Source: Roseibacillus sp. (lineage in GTDB: Bacteria > Verrucomicrobiota > Verrucomicrobiia > Verrucomicrobiales > Akkermansiaceae). Taken from it: DNA of 64,000 nt. A program made the translations under genes and the position numbers. Below, piece after piece: positions 56,848 to 64,000 of the stretch (its first letter is position 1; each line of letters starts with the position of its first letter). Location of the stretch: positions 1,088,001-1,152,000 of the forward strand of contig JBPOGI010000001.1 in NCBI GenBank assembly GCA_051251855.1. Direction: 5' to 3'. The notes under the pieces were generated by a model. It ran no database searches, was not told where the DNA came from, and saw nothing but the letters and a program-made list of their open reading frames with translations.

Positions 56848-57912
56848 ATGCTTCTTCTTCGCCAACTGACCTACCTCTTCGTCGGATCCTGCTCTCTTCT
56901 GAATGCGGAGACTACTGCTGACGACCTGAAGCTCGTCGAGAAGATCCGTGCAAAGATCGTCACTAACCTTGGCGAGATGGAGGCCGAAGCGATGAAGTCC
57001 TATCAAAGCAAGGTGCCCGAAACCGGAGCCCCGTATGCGATGGTCAACATCCCTGGTGGTCAATTCCTCATGGGAAGCCCAAGTAATGAAAAAGATCGTC
57101 TTGAAGACGAAGGGCCTCAACGACAAGTGGCGATTGCCCCATTTTGGATGGGGAAGCATGAGGTCACATGGGATGAATACGAGCCCTTCATGATTACCAA
57201 CGTCTCAAGGAACAAGGATGGCTCTCCTTCCAAAATTCCCGAAGGCGCGAATATCCCTGACGCCATTTCAAAGCCTACAACCCCCTATACCGAAATGAGT
57301 TTCGGCATGGGCACCAAGGGGTTTCCTGCCATTAGCATGACTCAACATGCCGCGCTCAAATACTGCCAATGGCTCTCCGCGCAAACTGGTCACTTCTATC
57401 GCCTTCCCACCGAAGCAGAATGGGAATACGCCTGCCGAGCAGGAACAACAACCGCTTACAGCTGGGGAGATGACGCCAGCAATGCGGGCGACTACGCATG
57501 GTACTGGGACAATAGTGATGGCAAGTATCAGCCGATTGGGAAAAAGAAGCCGAACCCTTGGGGACTGCACGACATACACGGCAACGTTATCGAATGGGTT
57601 CTCGACGGTTACGAACCTTATCCTGCTAGCAAAGTGCTCCTCGAAAACCCTCTCACCAATCCATCCGAAAACATCTATCCCCGCACCGCCCGAGGGGGCA
57701 GCTGGTATGACGGTCCTGAGTTCTTGCGCAGTGCCGCCCGCTTCAAATCTGCTTCCGCTTGGAAAATCGCAGACCCACAATTGCCTAAGTCTATCTGGTA
57801 TCACACCAACGCCATGTGGCTCGGTTTTCGACTCGTGCGACCACTGGAAATCCCTTCTGCCGAAGAAATGCATCGCATTTGGAACTCAGGCCGTGGCATC
57901 GAGAACGAATAG
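56848..57912 (+). CDS. Formylglycine-generating enzyme (SUMF1/FGE-sulfatase) domain protein
   Basis: F.MGS, HEVTW, RLPTEAEWEYACRAG, PNPWGL.D.HGNV.EW, RGGSW, GFR; lacks the FGE catalytic Cys pair. Confidence 0.88.
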   Translation: MLLLRQLTYLFVGSCSLLNAETTADDLKLVEKIRAKIVTNLGEMEAEAMKSYQSKVPETGAPYAMVNIPGGQFLMGSPSNEKDRLEDEGPQRQVAIAPFWMGKHEVTWDEYEPFMITNVSRNKDGSPSKIPEGANIPDAISKPTTPYTEMSFGMGTKGFPAISMTQHAALKYCQWLSAQTGHFYRLPTEAEWEYACRAGTTTAYSWGDDASNAGDYAWYWDNSDGKYQPIGKKKPNPWGLHDIHGNVIEWVLDGYEPYPASKVLLENPLTNPSENIYPRTARGGSWYDGPEFLRSAARFKSASAWKIADPQLPKSIWYHTNAMWLGFRLVRPLEIPSAEEMHRIWNSGRGIENE

Positions 57913-57953
57913 ACGTGAAAGCATTACCCTCGTTTCACCGTAAACTGAGGACG

Positions 57954-59354
<1,401 letters not shown>

Positions 59355-59386
59355 CGGTCAGTCTTCTCAGACATGGCTTACAGCTG

Positions 59387-59926
59387 CTACCGAGAGTAAA
59401 CCTTTTCCTTCAACACTCCTACGAAGGGAAGATTTCGGTAACGGCCTTGATAATCGAGGCCGTAGCCAACGACGAACTCATCCGCAATCTCAAATCCAAT
59501 GTAGTCAGCCTCCACCTCTTCGGCTCTCTCCTTTTCCTTCGAGAGTAACACGGAAGTCTTTACCACCTCCGCACCCATTTCTAAAAGTCTCTCTTTCACT
59601 GCCTTCAAAGTCCGGCCCGTATCCAAAATATCGTCAATCAGCAAAATCCGCCGCCCTTTGACTTCCGGCAACTTGGCATCCAAGAACTCAACGACCCCGC
59701 TACTCTCCGTTCCTCCATGGTAACTCGCTACACTCAAAGTTTCGATTTGAAGCGGTACCGGAAGCCTCCGACAGAGATCAGCCATAAAAACCAAAGCTCC
59801 CGTTAAAATCCCGACCACGAGAATTTCTTCCCCTTGGAAATCTGCGAGCACCTTATCGGCCACCGTATCCAAGCGACGGAGAATGACTTCTTCATCAATG
59901 AGAACCTTAGCAATATCGTCGTTCAT
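59387..59926 (-). CDS. hpt: Hypoxanthine phosphoribosyltransferase
   Basis: ILLIDDILDTGRTL, FVVGYGLDY...YRNLP; start ATG 59926. Confidence 0.95.
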   Translation of the reverse strand: MNDDIAKVLIDEEVILRRLDTVADKVLADFQGEEILVVGILTGALVFMADLCRRLPVPLQIETLSVASYHGGTESSGVVEFLDAKLPEVKGRRILLIDDILDTGRTLKAVKERLLEMGAEVVKTSVLLSKEKERAEEVEADYIGFEIADEFVVGYGLDYQGRYRNLPFVGVLKEKVYSR

Positions 59927-60082
59927 GAACCAAGCAATCAGAGAGCAACGTGCGAGGAAACCCGAAAGTCTCAAGAAGACCAAAATCTACCGACTTCATG
60001 TCATTTTCACTAATTCCTGAAAAAACGATTGCGCGACAGCGGACTTTGTGAAAAGTTTCACAAGCCATCCGGAACTTTCAAT

Positions 60083-61093
60083 ATGAACCGAAAATTACAA
60101 ACACCCGGCCGAGCCAATTTGATGGCGCCGTTCGATTTGGTAAGACCTCACCTCAAAAAAGTAGAGTCCTTGCTCAGCGAACAGGTCAACGACTTCGATC
60201 CAGGCGTCGAACCCTACGTAGACTACGTTTGTAATACCTCCGGCAAGCGTCTGCGACCAGCCCTTGCCATTCTTACCGGTGGAGCCTTAGGACCAGTAAG
60301 TGACGACCACGTAAAACTCGGCAGTATCCTAGAGCTGATTCACGTCGCCAGTCTCGTACACGACGACATTATCGACGGCGCAGATATTCGGCGTAAAGTC
60401 GCCACCCCCAATGCTAAGTGGGGTGAAGGTTTAGCTGTTCTATTAGGAGACGCTCTCTTCTCACATGCTCTGATGCTCAGCACCGATTTTGATGATTTGC
60501 ATCTCAGCCGAGAGATCGCCAAGGCCGCTCGCGAAGTCTGCCAAGGAGAAATCCTCCAGACCCAACGCCGCTTTGACCTCACCATGACCCGGAAGGAGTA
60601 TTTCCGTCTTTTGGAGATGAAGACTGGAGCCCTTTTCGCCGCCGCAACAGGACTTTCTGCCTACATTAGCGGTGCAGATAAAGAGACACAGGAAGACCTC
60701 TATCAGTTCGGCCTCAAGCTTGGTACCGCCTATCAACTTTATGACGACTGCCTTGACCTTGTCGGCGAAGAAGAAGAGTTCGGTAAGACCCTGCGTACCG
60801 ACTTGGAGAAGGGGAAGCTCACCCTCCCCATCTTACGCCTATTGGAGAAGGCGAACCCAGCTCAGCGGGATAAGTTACAGGCGCGCATCATCAAGCAAGA
60901 GCCCCTTGATCTAACTATTCTCAGCGGCATCGCTGACTATGAAGGCGCGATCGACTACTCGATAGAAACTGCAATCAAGCTAGTCGATGATGCTCGTGAC
61001 CCACTGCACTTCCTCCCCGACAACAAGCATCGGGCAGCGCTTTTCACCTTGGCAGACTACCTTTTAGATCTCCTTCACAAACTTCGGAAGTAA
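60083..61093 (+). CDS. Polyprenyl diphosphate synthase (IspB/HepT-like)
   Basis: GKRLRP, ELIH.ASLVHDDIID, RR, KT..LF, YQLYDD.LD, GK.TLP. Confidence 0.92.
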   Translation: MNRKLQTPGRANLMAPFDLVRPHLKKVESLLSEQVNDFDPGVEPYVDYVCNTSGKRLRPALAILTGGALGPVSDDHVKLGSILELIHVASLVHDDIIDGADIRRKVATPNAKWGEGLAVLLGDALFSHALMLSTDFDDLHLSREIAKAAREVCQGEILQTQRRFDLTMTRKEYFRLLEMKTGALFAAATGLSAYISGADKETQEDLYQFGLKLGTAYQLYDDCLDLVGEEEEFGKTLRTDLEKGKLTLPILRLLEKANPAQRDKLQARIIKQEPLDLTILSGIADYEGAIDYSIETAIKLVDDARDPLHFLPDNKHRAALFTLADYLLDLLHKLRK

Positions 61094-61137
61094 GAGCCCC
61101 AAAGAAGAGCTCAAATTCTTAAGCGTTTTGATACCAG

Positions 61138-61163
61138 ACCGAGTCTTCTGACTCGGTTTTTTT
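61138..61163 (+). terminator. Intrinsic terminator
   Basis: ACCGAGTC-TTCT-GACTCGGT-TTTTTT. Confidence 0.8.
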
Positions 61164-61452
61164 CTGCCTATTCATCTCACCGATCCCGTCGCCCTCTTTG
61201 GTAAGGGCAAGCTCCCCTCTCGGTCTTTTGGAAACTTACTTCACCAAACTGGACTACTCGGGCCACTCGACTCTTTTGAACGAGCCTCTGTTTTATCGCT
61301 AGTAATTTGAGACCGGACGCTATCACAAGGGATTCCCGCAGTTCGTTTTCAAAAACTTTCCCCACTTGAGTCATAACGTCGTGATAGCACGATTTTCTCT
61401 TTCGTGGGTCCCGATAGTGCAAAGACTGGGCTTCGCCTTCGGGCGATTCTCA

Positions 61453-61971
61453 ATGCGATGCGTTCAATGCGGTTCTCTCAAAGACAAAGTCCTCGACTCT
61501 CGAATGTCGAAGGATGGCACCTCGATCCGTCGAAGGCGCATGTGCGAGAACTGCGACTACCGCTACACCACCTACGAGACGATCGAGCGAACCGAACTAC
61601 AAGTCGTCAAGAAGGATGGCACACGGCAACCTCTCAACCGCGAGAAGCTCACTCGGGGACTGACCAAGGCTTGCGAAAAGAGACCCGTCCCCCTCAATCG
61701 CATCGACCGAGCCGTCGAAGAGATTCTTACCGAACTTCACCACGACAACGTTCCAGAGATCCCTTCCGCAGCCATTGGCGCAAAGGTCATGGACAAGCTC
61801 CACCAAATCGATCCTGTCGCCTATGTGCGCTATGTCTCGGTCTATCGGGAGTTCGACGATGTCGGCGAGTTCATTGCCGAGATTCAGAACCTTTCCAAGC
61901 GAGCCCTGCGCGACCCTATGCAGCGCGAGCTTCTTCCTTCCAACACCAAACCCAAGAAGCAACTGAAGTAG
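61453..61971 (+). CDS. nrdR: Transcriptional repressor NrdR
   Basis: MRCVQC...KVLDSR...IRRRRMCENC..RYTTYE, ATP cone, VAYVRY.SVYREF. Confidence 0.96.
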   Translation: MRCVQCGSLKDKVLDSRMSKDGTSIRRRRMCENCDYRYTTYETIERTELQVVKKDGTRQPLNREKLTRGLTKACEKRPVPLNRIDRAVEEILTELHHDNVPEIPSAAIGAKVMDKLHQIDPVAYVRYVSVYREFDDVGEFIAEIQNLSKRALRDPMQRELLPSNTKPKKQLK

Positions 61972-61975
61972 CCTC

Positions 61976-62545
61976 ATGATTTGTCTCGTTGGTAATCGTC
62001 CTGTCTTGCAAGTTGGCAATCATCAGATTGTTGGCTACGGCGTGGACTGGATCGAGACCGCGCTCAATCGGGCTTCAGTCGCTGCCGACCGTGACGATTT
62101 TCCGTTCATCGATGATATTCGCGACGGCATCATCCACTATCTGGAGAATAAGTGTCCACTACGCCTCCTTCCCATCGAGGATCTTTATGCGCGAATGAGC
62201 CGAATGCTAGAGCGGATTGGATGCTCCGCCATCAGCGACCACCTCAAGATTCTCACCCCTCCAGTAACCCTCTCACTAGCTCGAACTGCTAGAGAAATGG
62301 AGCCAGGATTCGAGTTAGGATTTTTCCAAACCCTTCGCGCGGAAGTCGATGCTCTCCATCACTTGGGCACCGAAGAGGTTCACTTCACGGAAATTAGAGA
62401 AGCGGCCCTGCTCCTGGTCGGGACTAAACGCTGGAATCCTGCTTGCGAAGTCTTTCAGCATGACATCCTTGCCTTCTTGGAGAAAACTGCCGAAAGGAAC
62501 TCGACCCCGCAAAGTCAATTGCTCCTTACGCTCGATGCGGCCTGA
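61976..62545 (+). CDS. Hypothetical protein coupled to nrdR (ATP-cone-like N-terminal half)
   Basis: Starts 4 nt after the nrdR stop; helical pattern IETAL..A...DDIRDGIIHYL...IEDLYARM..ML..IG. Confidence 0.65.
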   Translation: MICLVGNRPVLQVGNHQIVGYGVDWIETALNRASVAADRDDFPFIDDIRDGIIHYLENKCPLRLLPIEDLYARMSRMLERIGCSAISDHLKILTPPVTLSLARTAREMEPGFELGFFQTLRAEVDALHHLGTEEVHFTEIREAALLLVGTKRWNPACEVFQHDILAFLEKTAERNSTPQSQLLLTLDAA

Positions 62546-62599
62546 GGGGAAACCCCGCAGACCGCATCACGATTGAAATTTAGTGCAATTTGAGAGACC

Positions 62600-62929
62600 C
62601 TACTTAATCTTCTTTTTAAGTTCGCTATATTCACTCTCCATACGCTCAAGCTCGTCACGCTTGGACTCAATTGAAGAATGAAGATCCGCCAGTCGCTGAA
62701 AAATTTCCACAGCACTGGCATTTTTAGGAAGTGGCAAAGTTGGACCAGACTCCTTTTGATTCCGCAGCCAACCGTTTACAGTTATTGGTGAGATACCAAA
62801 TTCTCTGACTGCAGCAGATACGCCACCCCTCCCTTTGTCTTGGTTGACTTGTTGAACAAAGCGCAAAATCTTGGCCTTTTCGTCGTCAGTGTAACGTTTC
62901 GCTGTCTTCTTTCTAAGTTCGTCCGTCAT
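62600..62929 (-). CDS. Small HTH + coiled-coil protein (HTH_Tnp_1-like)
   Basis: KRYTDDEK...AAVREFGISPITVNGW HTH and a C-terminal heptad region; AT-rich upstream DNA. Confidence 0.7.
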   Translation of the reverse strand: MTDELRKKTAKRYTDDEKAKILRFVQQVNQDKGRGGVSAAVREFGISPITVNGWLRNQKESGPTLPLPKNASAVEIFQRLADLHSSIESKRDELERMESEYSELKKKIK

Positions 62930-63105
62930 GTTGATAAAAAATATGCATTATGATTTTATAAAAATCAAGAATTAAGTAAGCACTTCTTAATAGTCGTCTT
63001 TTGTTTGAAATCGACACTCTAGAAAACCCTCTATCTCCCCAGATACAAACAAACAGACACTTTTGGCGGCTGCAAAGTCACATTCCCTACCAGAAGATTC
63101 CTTAG

Positions 63106-63453
63106 ATGCATGACAAAACCTTATTCGAGAAAATCGTAGCTCGAGAGATTCCTAGTGAGATTATTTACGAGGATGACCTCGTTCTCTGCTTTCGTGATGT
63201 CGAGCCTCAAGCTCCAGTCCACCTTTTATTAATTCCCAAGAAGCCAATTCCCCGCATTGCAGCGACAACCGAGCAAGACGCCGAGCTTCTGGGACATCTC
63301 TTTACCCGAGTCCCACTCATTGCCAAGCAAGAGGGCTTCGAAGAGTCTGGATTCCGCGTAGTCGTCAACAATGGTCCTGACGGCGGCGAGACCGTCCCCC
63401 ACATGCATGTTCACATTCTCGCGGGGCGTCCTCTCTCTTGGCCTCCTGGTTAG
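63106..63453 (+). CDS. Histidine triad nucleotide-binding protein (HinT-like)
   Basis: TLFEKI...EIP, F.D..PQAPVH.L.IPK, VPHMHVHILAGR...WPPG. Confidence 0.94.
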   Translation: MHDKTLFEKIVAREIPSEIIYEDDLVLCFRDVEPQAPVHLLLIPKKPIPRIAATTEQDAELLGHLFTRVPLIAKQEGFEESGFRVVVNNGPDGGETVPHMHVHILAGRPLSWPPG

Positions 63454-63547
63454 ACAAGTTGCGGTAAAACCCAATCTGTGATGCAACAGGAATTCCGGTA
63501 AAAACCTTGCTTGCAAGGGAGGAATCTGGAACCTCAGCCCCCGACAG

Positions 63548-64000
63548 ATGAACACCTCACTTTCTTGGCTCAATGACCACATCGACCTCGCGGGACTTTC
63601 CACTGCTGAGCTTTCAGATTTGCTCACCTTCTCTGGGATCGAAGTCGAGGGTATTGATTCCAAGGGAATCCCTTCCGAACTCATCGTCGTGGCCCAGATC
63701 AAAGAAGCGAACCCACATCCCGATGCAGACAAACTGAAAGTCTGTATGGTCGATGCAGGAGAAGCCGAACTTCGTCAAATCGTCTGTGGAGCCAAGAACT
63801 ACTCCGTTGGTGACAAGGTTCCCTGCGCTTTACCTGGCGCTGACCTCGGAGGCGGCTTCGTTATCAAAGAAGGTAAGCTCCGAGGAGTCCCTTCTTTGGG
63901 GATGCTTTGCGGTGCTTCAGAAATTGGAATGCCAGATGCCGAAGACGGCCTCATGATTTTACCGTCCGATTTCACTATCGGAGCCAAATTAGTCGATCTC
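63548..64000 (+). CDS. pheT: Phenylalanine--tRNA ligase beta subunit, runs off the right edge of the window
   Basis: Not in the ORF track; translated by hand: MNTSLSWLNDHID...LTFSGIEVEG...HPDADKLKVC.VDAG...QIVCGAKN...KLRGVPSLGMLCGASEIG. Confidence 0.95.
   Translation, partial: MNTSLSWLNDHIDLAGLSTAELSDLLTFSGIEVEGIDSKGIPSELIVVAQIKEANPHPDADKLKVCMVDAGEAELRQIVCGAKNYSVGDKVPCALPGADLGGGFVIKEGKLRGVPSLGMLCGASEIGMPDAEDGLMILPSDFTIGAKLVDL

Noticed and set aside
56848..57912. FGE/CLec-fold gene as a DGR target
   Set aside because: No reverse transcriptase and no template repeat of its 3' end were seen in the window.
61177..61422. 81-aa minus-strand ORF upstream of nrdR, and an NrdR box
   Set aside because: The ORF has no recognisable features, and no convincing palindromic NrdR box was seen.
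62600..62929. IS3-family insertion sequence
   Set aside because: No DDE ORF and no terminal inverted repeats or target duplication were found.

Overview
This is a gene-dense bacterial chromosomal segment. The PEP-CTERM protein, DUF1800/DUF1501 pairs and large DxDGDG-repeat secreted proteins suggest a Verrucomicrobiales genome (inference). From left to right it holds: (1) a minus-strand porin / FMN-binding protein / PepSY-TM / ApbE flavinylation operon behind a Fur-box-like palindrome; (2) a ~1 kb gap with no convincing ORF that contains a sigma54-type promoter, a GGA-rich structured segment and a dif-like Xer site near an apparent GC-skew change; (3) parA, mreBCD-mrdA-rng and tRNA-Arg(CCG); (4) two convergent giant secreted proteins (LamG / sugar-dehydrogenase propeller / diheme cytochrome c, and lectin / lamin-tail / CotH-like); (5) clpB, a membrane-anchored PD-(D/E)xK nuclease-like gene, obg, an inverted-domain photolyase, moeB, sodA, rmuC, a PEP-CTERM metalloprotease, purN and maf; (6) a diverged ~6.6 kb tandem duplication of a giant-DUF1800 + Tat-DUF1501 cassette followed by a GspG-like small protein; (7) an ABC ATPase, an FGE-like protein, a Gfo/Idh/MocA oxidoreductase, hpt, a polyprenyl synthase, nrdR, a HIT protein and the start of pheT. 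I saw no CRISPR array, rRNA, prophage or intact IS. All family calls come from motif recognition by eye; no database searches were run.
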